Assembly (NCBI GenBank): GCA_964016885.1 | Contig: OZ024740.1 | Coordinates: 57,722,001 to 57,786,000 of the forward strand | Reading direction: 5' to 3' | DNA from: Eledone cirrhosa | Lineage: Eukaryota | DNA length: 64,000 bases | Shown: positions 23,679-36,319 of the stretch, in pieces | Layout: each line of letters begins with the position of its first letter | Numbering within the stretch: position 1 is the first letter of the stretch | Notes under the pieces: model-generated | The model's input: the letters and a program-made list of their open reading frames with translations, nothing else | Told to the model about the DNA's origin: nothing | Databases searched by the model: none | Program-made: the position numbers and the translations under genes

Positions 23679-25172
23679 TCATCATCAACGTTTAACGTCC
23701 ATGTTCCACGCTTGCATGGGTTTGGACGGGGGTTTTCCCACTTGAGGCAAGAGTGATTATCTTGCTCGAATAGGACTATCTGGCGGGTTTTCTACAGCTG
23801 GATGCCCTTCCTAACACCAACCACATTTACAGTGTGGGGCTGGGAGATTTTTACCGTGTTGCCTACATGGCCACATTATAGCGTGAACTGTCTGGCGGGT
23901 TTTCTACAGCTGGATGCCCTTCCTAACACCAACCACATTTACAGTGTGGGGCTGGGAGGTTTTTACCGTGTTGCCTACACGGCCACATTACAGCGTGAAC
24001 TGTGTGTTTTTTGACGTGACACCTACACGATCTCATTTGTTTCGGCCTGGATGTTGTGGCACCAACATAACTTTACATTGAAAGGGGCGGTGTGGATGGG
24101 GTGGGGGTGGTGGGACGGGGGTGTATTTTGTTAGAGATGCCTACTGACTGTAGTAGGTTTTACTTTGTATTTAGGTAAGGTGGGTCTTCTCTATTACTGA
24201 GTACCGCCAAAGGTCTCGGTCCAGGGACATTGTCTTGGTGAGGTGTAAGTGTGTGAGGTCGGAATTTATCAGGTCGTCCCAGGTTTTTCTGGGTCTGCCT
24301 ATTCCGTGGCTACCGTCTATCTTTATTGCCCTGCACTTTGTTATACAGCTATCGTCCTTCATGCGCATCACGTGACCATACCAACGTAGCCTTCTCTCGA
24401 GTAAACAACATCTGATCCCTCTTATTTCTAATTTTTTCCTTAGTTCGTTTATGCTTTGCCGTTCACGTATATTACTATTACACATCCAGCAGAGCATGCA
24501 AGCTTCGTTTCTCTCTAGTCTGCGTATATCCTCTGCACACAATGCCCAGGTCTCACTGCCATGCAACATTGCTGTTCGTATGCAGGCATCATACAACCTG
24601 CCTGTCATTTTTAGGGAGAACCCTTTAGCGGCTAATAGTGGTATAAGCTCTCTGAACTTTTTCCATCCAGTTCTGACTCTAGCTACTGTACTTTCAGAGC
24701 ACCCTCCCCCACTGCTGATTTTGTCGCCCAGGTAACGGAAGCTGTCCACTATTTCTATAGAACCCTCTGCGCAGTTGCTAAGAGCTAGTATTTTGTGGGC
24801 ACTTGCTGCTACTTATTGCACCAGAGCACCGGCCACATGTAAAATCTATGTTCTTAGTTAGCTTACCTGTGATCCCACTACATCTTTTATGCACCCATAC
24901 TTTGCATTTGGGACACAAAATGGAGTTTCTACCTACGCCTTTCCTACACACTGAGCATGGCCACTTCCCGGAAGGGACCGCCGCCTTATTTTCTTTCTTA
25001 CAAACTAGAACTTTAGTCTTAGCCAGGTTAATTTTAAGGCCTTTTGATTCTAGGCCGTGCTTCCATGTTTGGAATTTCTTCTCTAGCTCGGCCATTGATT
25101 CAGCTATGAGTGTTAGGTCATCTGCGTATAGGAGTTCCCATGGGCAACCGGTCTTGAACTCCTCTGTTATAG
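23679..25172 (-). mobile_element. 5'-truncated RTE LINE (family B)
   Basis: ORFs 24778-25095 and 24171-24749 (frameshifted) cover YADD, PHD finger, YLG and the C-terminus, then a long 3'UTR and (GAT)n tail. Confidence 0.95.
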
Positions 25173-25251
25173 AATCGCTGCTTTCACCCTTAACGGGATC
25201 TTCTGAAACTCTTTTTCAGAAGATCCCGTTAAGGATGAAAGCAGCGATTCT
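25171..25251. repeat. Hairpin with 38-bp arms (1 mismatch, 5-nt loop)
   Basis: Arms 25171-25208 and 25214-25251. Confidence 0.95.
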
Positions 25252-25369
25252 TTGCTTAAACTTTAATCTGTTAATTTAATAAATATTTGCTCTACGGTTC
25301 TTATATATTTGATATATATTTATCCTTAGCGAGCCCTCTTTGGATTTTAGTCTTCAAATTTATTATTAT

Positions 25370-25372
<3 letters not shown>

Positions 25373-25458
<86 letters not shown>
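25373..25458. repeat. (GA)n microsatellite
   Basis: Seen directly. Confidence 0.95.
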
Positions 25459-25461
<3 letters not shown>

Positions 25462-27426
25462 ACATGCACATAGGTTAATACAAACAGATACCTTATCTTA
25501 TAAAAACAAATAATAAAATTACTGCAAAAATACTGTATCTTTTTTGTTTGCTTTTGATTATTTTTATTTTTTTAGGTTAGAGATTTCCAAATCTTTAGAA
25601 ATTTCATATCACACTAATCAAATTAAATCACAATCTCAATGACAGAAACAATTTATAAATGATACTACTTTCTCATATGAACATACACAGTAATCTTAGA
25701 CAATTAATCATAGCTCTATGTCTATTATTATAAAAGAAACCAAATCAATCTAATTAAGCAAAAAGAATAGTCTCAAATTACTATTACTATCTTCATATCG
25801 TTTATTTAACAGTTCTTTTCTTATACTGTTTGTTGCACTTTGGAACTACTCCACTTTTATCTTCAGTTCCTGTTTACTATGACTAACTTTTCCAGATGGA
25901 GATGAATAAAAGCATTTTTGCTACAGAATATATCATACACACTAAGAGAGTATGTTCATTCCTGGACAATATTAAATTATGGAGAAAAAATATCTAATCA
26001 GTTCTGCTTTTATCAGTTTGTTTGTTTGTTCTTTAGTAATATCTTGAATTCTTTTTATAAGAAGTTTTTCCGCAACAATAAATTAGAGAAAACAAATGGA
26101 GAAAGTAGAGACTAATTTTGGATATTTTCCATTTCTAGAAACCTAGACAACATTCAGTTAACACATTTTTTCTTCTTCCCAGAAGATAATGTTTAATTGA
26201 TCAAAAATATCTGCTTTCCTGACAAATATCAAAATACATCTAACAAGTAACAGTTGCTTACACAGACAACTAATAAATAAATGAAATTAACATTCATTCG
26301 GAAGAGTATAGAAGATATAAATATTACAAATGTAATATTTGAAAACGTAGCTGAAACAAATTCACTCAACATCGATGGTGATAAAGTATAGCAGATAGAA
26401 ATATAAACTCATATGGTTAGAACAGGCATACAACTATGAAAAACTGCACATGGCCATAATCTATATTTTACCAAGAAACATCTAACTTATCATACAATCA
26501 GAACGATATGATAACAGTTGGAAAGCATACCTATAAATAAACCAGGTAAATAATGGCTTAAGGCCAAAACAGAAAGAGATGTAACGACTATATTTTTCTT
26601 TAATTAACAGGCATTGTGTGCAAATTTCATTTCCTCGTAACACTTCACATAGAGCAAAAACATTCAATATATTTATTTTTATTCCCACTTTGTGTTAAAT
26701 TAAGAAGCTATTCGTGTAAAGAACATGATGTTTTTATACATTGAGATACTTTAAATATATATGTGGTCTTTACTTTCAAACAAATAGAAACACCCATTCA
26801 AATAGAAATGTAATATAAAATTTGAGAGATTGAAAATTTAGCAGAGTAATTTATAATAAAAGAATAAAAGGGCAGTCAATTTTCAAAAGCATTAGAGCAT
26901 TGTACAACTACTTTGAGATGTTTCTTCTAGTTCTTTACAATCTCAGTTCAGATCCTACCCAGGTAAATTCCTGATGTCAATTCTTCTCTTTCACATCTAC
27001 ACAATTGGCTGGGCTGTGTAAAGGATGTAAGGGACCACTCACAGAATCCTTTTCCTCCAGGACAATCACTCTGACACTAAAAGAATGTGGTTGCCGAGGC
27101 TCAGTCAAGGTATGGCATTCATGATGAACTTCATCATCATCATTTAATGTCCGTTTTCCCTGCTCACAAGAGTTGGATGGATCATTAACAGACCAAGTCA
27201 GTACTCAAGTGGAGCTAACGACCTTTTAGACAGGCCAGTGGCTCACATCTCGCAGGTGATTCCATGCTCTACTGAGTGCATTTTATCATGGTGCCAGCAC
27301 TAGGAAGATTATCATGCCTTTGACACGGCTGAAGAGTCCTCCCAACACTTTGTTTGGTGGATTTTCTACAGCTGAAACTTATTTTTTTAAATATCTATCA
27401 CTTCAAACAAAGAAAGCAATCTAAAA

Positions 27427-27754
27427 CAGTGGTTGCCAACAGGTGGTCCGAAAGAAAATTTTGGTAGTCCGCAGAAAAATTTGGACATTATTTGCAATTT
27501 ATATGTTTTATTAATAATAAAATAATATTCGGTTAAAGAACTAACTAACATCCATGAAAGAATTTTTTACACATATGTGTCATCTATCGACAATATGACA
27601 CATGTACACTTCAGTATTGTTTAATAAAATGGAAGTTCTCTGTTTATTATTTTCAAATGTATTTTTCTTTTTAAAAACATTCATATTAGTGGTCCACAGG
27701 ATTTCAAATAATGAATCTAGTGGTCCATGAGGCCCGAAAGGCTGGCGACTGCTG
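27427..27754. mobile_element. hAT-Charlie-like MITE
   Basis: TIRs cagtggttgccaac / ggctggcgactgctg. TSD atctaaaa / atcttaaa (1 mismatch). Subterminal gtggtcc repeats. Confidence 0.8.
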
Positions 27755-28211
27755 ATCTTAAATGTAAAAGTAAGTGGATATTTAAAGGAGTTCTAGATGT
27801 TCAATCAACACAATCGCATATTTGTTAATATTTGTTAAATTAATGTGTAAATGGCTGAGTATTTGATTGACACATGTACCCTTCTTGTAATTCTCATGAA
27901 GATTCAGAATGACAGTGTGAATTACAGGCTACAATCCAGCCAACTAGTTTTCAAGCTGTTTCTGTCCACACAATTTCATTCACAAGGCTTTTACTCAATT
28001 AACAAAAAAATTATGTAGTTAATCTAATACCAACACAATTTTTCTTACTCATTTCACTTATCAAGTTTCTGCTTGAATGGTTGAGGCAGATCTTTTTTCA
28101 CTACATCTTGCAAGTAGGGAAAAGCGGATGTATGATGATGATGATGATCTATTACTATGACAACTGTTAATAAAAACAGTACAAATGTATATGATATGTA
28201 ATGTACTAGAG

Positions 28212-28529
28212 CAGGGGCGTTCAACAGGCAGCCAGCAGGCCACAATCCAGCCCGCCAGACAAGACAGAATGGCCCGCGATGACCGTTTTTAATTTTTACC
28301 TTGTAGGCTTACTTAGAATTTTTTCGTAACCGTAATACAATTTTTCATTAGTTGACCTATACTAAGGAGCTTCACTGATAGGGTTATGTGTGTTATAATT
28401 TCCCAGTTCCATCTTATGGAAAGAAGTTGGGGTGAATCTTTGGAATAGTGCTTAATAAATATTAATGGCCCTAATAGTTGTTCTAATATTCAAAAGTGGC
28501 CTGCCAATGGAATATGTTGCACACCCCTG
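28212..28529. mobile_element. hAT-Charlie-like MITE
   Basis: TIRs caggggcgttcaaca / tgttgcacacccctg. Perfect 8-bp TSD tactagag. Confidence 0.9.
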
Positions 28530-29000
28530 TACTAGAGTGTTACCAATTAAATGATAAGTATTTTAAGAGTATATGTGTGCCCTTGTAGATATTTGTAGGT
28601 AAATATATAAAAATGCATAAATAATGAACAAATATTATAATTCTTGGTGTTTCATCCATTCATTTGTATGTTACACTTTAGTTACATACACACACATCTA
28701 CACATAAATACATAAATAGATACAGACAACAGAAGTGCAAAGACATATACACACACATCTACTCATACATATTCATAAATAGACACATTATTCAAAATAA
28801 TTATTACATACACACACATCTATGTAATAAGTGAGGAAGGAAGGGGCTGGTGAAATGCTATAGCGATGAATGTTCCAAGATTAGCTACACTTGTGTGAGT
28901 GTATGTATGCGTTTGCGTGAGTATGTGTGCTTGTGTTTTGTGTGAGTGTATGTGTGTTTGCAAGCTTATATTTATATAGTCATACATATAAATGTATACA

Positions 29001-29441
29001 TATGGCTTAGTGGTTAGAACATTGGGCTTGCAATCGAAAGGTTGTGAGTTCAATTCTCAGACCGGGTGATGTGTTGTGTCCTTGAGCAAGACACTTTATT
29101 TCACATTGCTCCAGTTTAGTCAGCTGTAGAAATGAGATGATAGGGACCCCAGTCCCTATCATCTCATTCCACTGCAAAGTGGTCGTGGAGGTGCCACGGC
29201 AAAAAAAGCACCCAGCCCACACTGTAAAGTGGACGTGTAGGCGCCACGGAAAAAAAGCACCCAGCACTCACTGTAAATGAGGTTGGTATTAGGAAGGGCA
29301 TCCAGCTGTAAAAATCAAGCCAGAATCAGTTCCCGTATGAGCAAGACAAGGTCAGCCGACCGGACACTGCCCACGACAGGACAACCCATGCTAGCATGAA
29401 AGAATGGACGTAAAACTGTGATGATGATGATGATGATGATG
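29001..29441 (+). mobile_element. SINE S1 (tRNA head + CORE + RTE-C 3'UTR tail)
   Basis: A-box tggcttagtgg, B-box gagttcaattc, CORE-like tgtccttgagcaagacactt. The 3' half is collinear with 1093-1362. Confidence 0.9.
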
Positions 29442-29443
29442 CA

Positions 29444-30052
29444 TATATCAAATGAAAAATGGAGTTAAAGACTTGCGTTAATCCTCTCTAATTTAATGAG
29501 CTCAAGAAATAAGTACTGAGCTCTTCATAATACAGTATATAGAGAAGAAAACATAAAAGGGGTATGTTTTCAATTACGAGGGGTAGAGAACCACTAGAGT
29601 GAAGAACATAAAGTGTCAAAATACAAAATAATTAAAAGGTAAATTAAAATTACAAACCCACCTTCATAACTATAAAACACCTGAACAAACTCAAAGAAGA
29701 GAATATTTCGTCATAAACAGTGTTGGTGCCATAACCACTCAGGGCTCATCAACAGGTGTAAAGAAGATACATTCAACACTTCTAAAGAGATTTTAGACAA
29801 CTGAAAAAATGTACATGGTGAGAGAAACAAAAACAAGCATGCCAGACAGTACATAGTGGCTTGAATTGATCAAGAAACCGCTAGAAATGGCAGCTTATAA
29901 CCATTCAACTTAAGAAGCTCAACTAACAGAGAAATTAGGAGCCAAAATATCAAATGAAAAAAATGGATTTAAAGACTCGCATTAATCTCCTGTAATGTAA
30001 TGAGCTCAAGGAATAAGTACTGGGCTCTTCATAATACAGTATATATAGAAAA
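29444..30052. repeat. Imperfect direct repeat of about 100 bp, about 500 bp apart
   Basis: atatcaaatgaaaaa...ctcttcataatacagtatata at 29444-29545 and 29947-30050. Confidence 0.85.
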
Positions 30053-30229
30053 AAACACAAACACACACAATTGTAATGAATTGTGTGTGTGTATGTGTAC
30101 TGAGACATGAGGAATTGAATGAAGAATAGAGGTATATCATTTTAAAGCAAGGTAGACTAAGACAACAGAAGAGAAGAGCTAATATACAACTAGACAAACG
30201 TCTCTTAAATAGCTCCTCTTAACTTTTTC

Positions 30230-30258
30230 GTCCGTGGAATTTCCACAGGTCCCGCTAG
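30230..30258 (+). mobile_element. Possible Helitron 3' terminus
   Basis: Hairpin gtgga-att-tccac followed by CTAG|T. Confidence 0.4.
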
Positions 30259-32775
30259 TAAATAGAAATAAAATAAAAATATGAAAAATAAATAAAAATG
30301 GATAAATGAATTCACTGTGCCTGTATTCAGCTAAAATATTTCATAATTTTGCTCATGCTCAAGTAAATGAAAAGAAATATATAATTTCATATATGTATAT
30401 TCCATTCAGTAAAAAGGACAAAGAGTGAAAAGAAAACTTCATACAAAGCTATAAGCATTCTGTTGTTTCAGCAAACGATAATTACTTATGTGAATGTGTA
30501 CACACATGCATTCTTCAGTATAGCATTTCTTTGCCTCTTTATCTAAATTTTTGCCTACCACTCTGCTCAGTATGTATACTCCTCCATCAACCTATATGGT
30601 AATTCGCTTTATCCCTCTCTTACACAATGGTTCCTTATAACTCCTCCAGGAGTTATAAGGGTTATGAACAAGTTCCCCAATCACCACCCTTTTTATAATG
30701 TAGACTGAATGTATTTATTTTATCATGCCAGCAACTCTAGAGAAGATATCTGAGGCAAGATTAAAAAGTTCTCTATCAGTGCTTTTACTCAGTGTTGCTC
30801 TTCTGCACAACTTACTTGCATAAGACATGTTGAGTCTTCATCTCTTACATTTGTTTGTTTCTCTTTTAGACATGAACTGGGTACAACTGCATGCTCAAAA
30901 TTAAAAAAAAAACATCCCAAATTCTGATCTTTAAAATCTCCATATTCAAGGCATCAAATTGGCAAAATCAGTAGAGCATTAGACAAAATGCTTTGTTCCA
31001 ATTCTCTGCCCTCTGAGTTCAAATCCCACCAACATCAACACAAGTGGTAGACATAATCCACTGCTTGGTCTAATACCCCCATGTAGCTCTTGAGTGCCTT
31101 TAGTCCATTTTGTTGCAAACATTCAGGTCATGTCCCTGGTTTGAGGCTACCTTATTCTCCCATTTCCACCAGTCTTAGGGGCACTGCCCCCTAAACAAAA
31201 TAAAAGATATATGAAATGTTATTTACTTCCTATATCAGTCATTAATTTTTTTTATTTATAAAGTCAATGGTTTAAATGATTTTTGCGAAGATGTTATATA
31301 CCCTAAATATACTGAAACTAAAAGAAGGCTCGTTTTGCTAAATATTATCATGCACAGTTTTCTCAATGTAGTTAGATACAATGAATTACTTTTGTTTCTT
31401 CAAAAGAATCAATAATATCTACTGGTCAAGTTGTAAACTTCTTGTAATACTTTTTCCCAAGTCCTCTACACTTTCAAAAAAAGAGGTTATAATATCAAGC
31501 TATTCCTTATCACATTAAAAAGTATTCAGAAAATTGCTCAATAAGTTTATGAAGTAAATCTCCCCAATAAACTGTTTTAAACAATCCATGATTGTTATCT
31601 CATTTGAAAATGCTGTCTAATTTTAGACTCTTCAGTACGTATTAATGATACATATCCTTTTTCCAGCCAGCTTTCTTTGTATAATATCCTGTACTGAATA
31701 TCACTGTTCAACTTCCTCTACTCTCCTTTAATGGATTCTTGTTGTCTATGATTTCCTGAAGAGCCTATTTACATCCACAATACATTTGAAGATAGTAATG
31801 AATGCCAACTCTCTTAAAACTAGTTAAACATAGCTCTTTCCCTTGGCAGATACCTAAACAGGTCAGAGACCAAGCTTTTCTCTTTAAGTGTGACAGATCA
31901 ATATTAAAATGATACAAGAAAACCAAAATCATACCATTTAACAGAATAACAATCAGACTGGTAATTACTTCTAGCATCGCCAAGTTGGGAAGGATAATTT
32001 CATTTCATAAGAACAGCAGATTCCAAGTGTGATTATATGCTGTTCAGAAAGAAATCTGAATGGCAGACAAGTTGGCATCATCAGTTGTAAACCTGCAGCC
32101 AGCAAACACAGTGAGAGAATTAAATAGCTAAAGACTAGGAGACTGTGAGGTTAGTAGCTTTACTGAAGTTGATCTTTGCTATTAGCCAATGAGATAACCA
32201 TCCCTATTTTATTTTCAATACCATTATTGTAAATAAAGCATCAAAGTAATAAACTACTAACAGGAAAGGATCAAGAATAAAGTTTTTTTTTCAATCTCAT
32301 TAAAAGGTTTTATGCACTTTAGGGTTTTCTTTTTAGATTAAATATTACACACACAAAAAAAAACTAAGTAGAAAAGCTGTCAGATAACTTAACAACAATA
32401 AAGAAAAAAAAGAAGAAATCATGAAATAATTAATATTCATGAAAGATTTGTTGAAATGGAAAATAATATTAAATTAGGAATGCAATTATAATGAAACCTT
32501 TCAGAAACATGTAATAAGATGGAACACCTGCTGATGGGCCATTATAGTTCTTTAAATAATACAGTTATTGAAGAAATTCAATATAAACTATACAGATTAA
32601 AATGTCTGCAACATGAAGTTTTAAAATATAATGAAAAGATATTGTGGCATCGTCTCTGTACGAAATATGTATAAAGATTCATATCCATATGTTTAATAAA
32701 CATATTTACTCTTAATGTGAAATCATTTTCTCAGTCTGGAATTCAGATTGAACCAGCCAGTCTCATCTTTATTAA

Positions 32776-32954
32776 CTCTTTAGTATTTAAACCGGCTGCA
32801 TCTGGGCAGAATTCTCTCACCTTTTTCTGTTCAAACTGGCCACTGATGTTAAGGTATTGTTCTCAAAATAAATAATATCAAAATCTCACAGATTCGATAT
32901 TATGTGAGATAAAGCCTTTACCACGAAATATAAAGTAAGGTAAATGCTAAAGGG
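32776..32954. mobile_element. TTAA MITE M1
   Basis: TTAA|CTCTTTAGTATTTA ... TAAATGCTAAAGGG|TTAA. Confidence 0.85.
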
Positions 32955-33517
32955 TTAAACATACAGATATAATTCTGTCATGATCATCATTCAACAACCA
33001 CTCTCCTCGCTAGCAAGGGTTGAACAGATCAACGCAGACCAAGTCAGTACTTAAATGGAGCTACTGATCACTTAGGCATGGGCCCCTATCTTGCTGACAT
33101 ATATTCTCACACTCTACCAAGTACTTAGACAATCTGGGGCCCCACATCTCATTGACATATGTTCCTGTCCTCCACCGAGTGCATTTTATCATGGCACCAG
33201 CACTAGGGACGTTGTCATGCTTTTGACACAGCTGAAAAGTACTCTTGGCCTTTTGTTTAGCAGGGTTTACTATAGCTAGATGCCCTTCCTACTACCAACT
33301 ACATTACAGAGTGTACTGTGCGCATTTATTGTGTAGATCACCAACACTAACGAGATTGTATATGTATTTATTCATAGTCTACACTATACAATACTAATTA
33401 GTAACAGGCCATCAGAGTTATTCCATTATGTCGTAATTTAGAAGCCTGTAGCTCTGGAGCTACATAAGACTCATGAGCCTATCTTGAATAGCTCTGAGGA
33501 ATTTTATTATTATTCTT

Positions 33518-33675
33518 TGCAGCATAGAGTTGTGGCCCTTTACGTTCTGGGTTCAAATCCGCCGAGGTTAACTTTGCCTTTGATCCTTACACGGTCGATA
33601 AAATAAAGCACCAGTAATGCACTGGGGTAATTGCTCGCCTTGTGCCAAAAGTAGAATTATTATTATTATTATTAT
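33518..33675 (+). mobile_element. SINE S3, 5'-truncated, short subfamily
   Basis: S3 core and (ATT)n tail. Confidence 0.8.
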
Positions 33676-33797
33676 TATATTTGCAATTATTATATTTGCA
33701 ATCTTGTATTAAAATAATGACACAGACAATGAAGCAATTTCAGATAAGATTCAAAGCCAAAAAAAAAATCATATTAAATTAAAAATATATATATATA

Positions 33798-34994
33798 CAA
33801 GCAGCAGGACCCGGCGTTGCACGAGGTAGGAAATGTGAAATAGCAACACGCATATGCAAAGATTGAGGAATGTAGCTGTGTACTTTTTGAATTCCCTTAT
33901 TCTCAGGGAATGGTTGTTCATCTACTGGAAACGTAGAACACTAGCAGGCCCAAATCGTGAAACATCTGCATGCATGTGCAAAATCTGAAGAAAATCAGCT
34001 GGATACTCTTTAAGTGTACTAAATCTTAGAGTATGATTTTTCTTCCATTTGGAGAAAATCGGTTAGGTACTTTTTAAGTTTTATAGATTCGCACCCAGTC
34101 ATCCAGACACACATCATCAGTTATGTCTATTGCACCTACATACATACTGTACAGAGTAAAGCCTGAGTAAGACATGTCATGCAACCACACAGCATGTTGG
34201 GCCTTCCCCACAGGAGACCATAGCCTCTTCATAAATCTACCAATCTGATATAGACTAAACTGCTATATCGGATGCCGAATGTTTCGGAGTTACTATTGGG
34301 GTCACCATCAACAATTTCAAGTGGGGGTCACCGCGGAATTAGCACAACTGCTGTTCGGCGTACTTGCGCAGGGTGTTCATACTGCGGTGTAGGTGCAACA
34401 AAAGGGGTCTTAGTAGAAGTAGTGCAGACGTGAGTTTTACGGTGTCAATAACACGGCAACGTACACAGGGCCCGGATTTGCACGTGATGAAAGCATGAAG
34501 TGTCAACAGGGCGCCGACAAAAATTTTAAGGTCCTCCTCATTTCCTCAATCCCCTGAAAATGGTCCTGCTTAAAAGTAAGTAAGTGTTGTGTCCTCTGTT
34601 AAATAAAGCAAATTTTTAACTAAACATTATATGCTATTTACAATGTTTAAGTAGTGTTTATATTGAAAATGAAAATAGCATGTAATGCCCAATGCTAATT
34701 CGTAAATTTCCTAGAAACCATTAATGGAATTGGAAATTTTTGTCCACAGCAATGCGAGGGGACTAACTAATGTGTGCTGCAAATTTTGAGGAAATCGGCT
34801 GGATTATCTCTAAGTTACGCCTCATAAAAGCCTAAAAATGATTTTTAAATGTGGTTTTTTTGCCTAGGGCAGAAAAAGTTAACATTTTTTTAATTCATTA
34901 ACACATGTGTAAAGTTTGAAAAAAATCGGTCGGGTACTTCAAGTTTTAGGGATTTACACAGACAGACAGACATCCTCTGTTTTATATATATAGA
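33798..34994 (-). mobile_element. Non-autonomous Helitron-like element
   Basis: Minus strand starts TCTATATATATAAAAC next to (CTGT)n. It ends with a GC-rich hairpin region (plus strand acccggcgttgcacgaggt) and CTTG (decayed CTAG). Four internal gaaaatcgg-type repeats. Confidence 0.65.
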
Positions 34995-35094
34995 GATAAA
35001 AAATTAGCTAAATTCATATTTTCTATCACAATGATTTCAAATCTATGATGGAAAAGAAAGAGAATATGTTAGTATAGTCATAATATTGAGAAAG

Positions 35095-35404
35095 AAGAGT
35101 GAAATATATGAGAAATAGACATACAGAGGGAGTGAGTGAGAGAAAACTAGATATACGGAGAGAGAGAGCAATAAATAGACATACAGAGAGAGAGAAAGAG
35201 AGAAATAGACATACAGAGAGAGAGAGAGAACTAGACATACAGAGAGAGAGAGAGAACTAGACATACAGAGAGAGAGAAAGAGAACTAGACATACAGATAG
35301 AGAGAGAGAGAACTAGACATACAGAGAGAGAGAAATAGACATACAAAGAGAGAGATAGATAGAGAGAGAGAGGGGGAAATAGACAGAGAGAGAGAGAAAT
35401 AGAC

Positions 35405-35443
<39 letters not shown>

Positions 35444-35480
35444 AAGAGAAATAGACATACAAAGAGAGAGAGAGAGAGCA
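35095..35480. repeat. Compound (GA)n minisatellite punctuated by aaatagacatac
   Basis: Seen directly. Confidence 0.9.
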
Positions 35481-35914
35481 AATGATAAATGAAAGAGAAC
35501 GAGGACTAGACAGAGAAATAAAACACAGAACGTCAAGTGAGACAGTTGTGGAGGAACAAATAATTGTTATATAAAAATGAGAGAGGGAGGAAACACAGAC
35601 GTACAGGTAAACATTTAGAAATATATATCAACCACAGCACAAGACGAAGCGCAAATATGGGCGGCAGCAACAAACTTCCTATTGAATTAATGGCCATCCA
35701 AAGAAAGCTGGCTGTAGAAGATGTAGCATCAATGACAAAGCCCCAGCATGGCCTCAACCTGTTGACTGGAACATGTAACAGAATACTAGAATAATAAATT
35801 TTACAGCTCTGATAGTCTCAATAATGTTTTAAAGCTAATAATGGCTCTTCAGATTAAAAAGGTTCCACACCTGTACATTATGTAAATGAGTTGTGCCATT
35901 CACAACCTTGCAAC

Positions 35915-36127
35915 TAATGGTTTCTGATTTAGGCACCAACAATTTTGGGAGAGAGGCAAGTTAATTAAATCGACCCCAGTATGTTACTGGTGCTTTATTT
36001 TATCCGCCCCTTAAGGGTGAAAAGTACAGCTAACCTTGGCAGAATTTAAACTCAGAACGTAAAGGGATGAATCTATGCTGCAAAGCATGGTGCCCGATGC
36101 TCTACTGATTCTGCCAATCCACTGCCC
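35915..36127 (-). mobile_element. SINE S3, older full-length copy
   Basis: Reverse complement begins gagggcagtggattggcagaatc; S3 core present. Confidence 0.75.
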
Positions 36128-36319
36128 TCACAACCTTGCTATCAATAAGAAGTGTTCCACTACTCTGTTCCAGCATCTTGAAAGGGAAGAGTAACAAAAT
36201 CTTGATGAGTCATAACTACACTGAAATTAACTTGTTTGACTCTCATTACAGGCTGCTGAGAGCCATGTGGTCTAACTAAGGAGCCTCAGTACAGTTTCCC
36301 TTAAAACTAAGATTATTCT

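Noticed and set aside
31965-32092. Possible minus-strand exon after ctgcag acceptor
   Set aside because: All frames stop quickly or give unrecognisable peptides, and no partner exons were found.
35026-35536. Ser/Leu-rich ORFs
   Set aside because: Artefacts of the (GA)n minisatellite.
36255-36275. TSD for RTE-A (catgtgg also at 39600)
   Set aside because: Only 7 nt match and it is offset from the tail; too weak to fix the 5' boundary.
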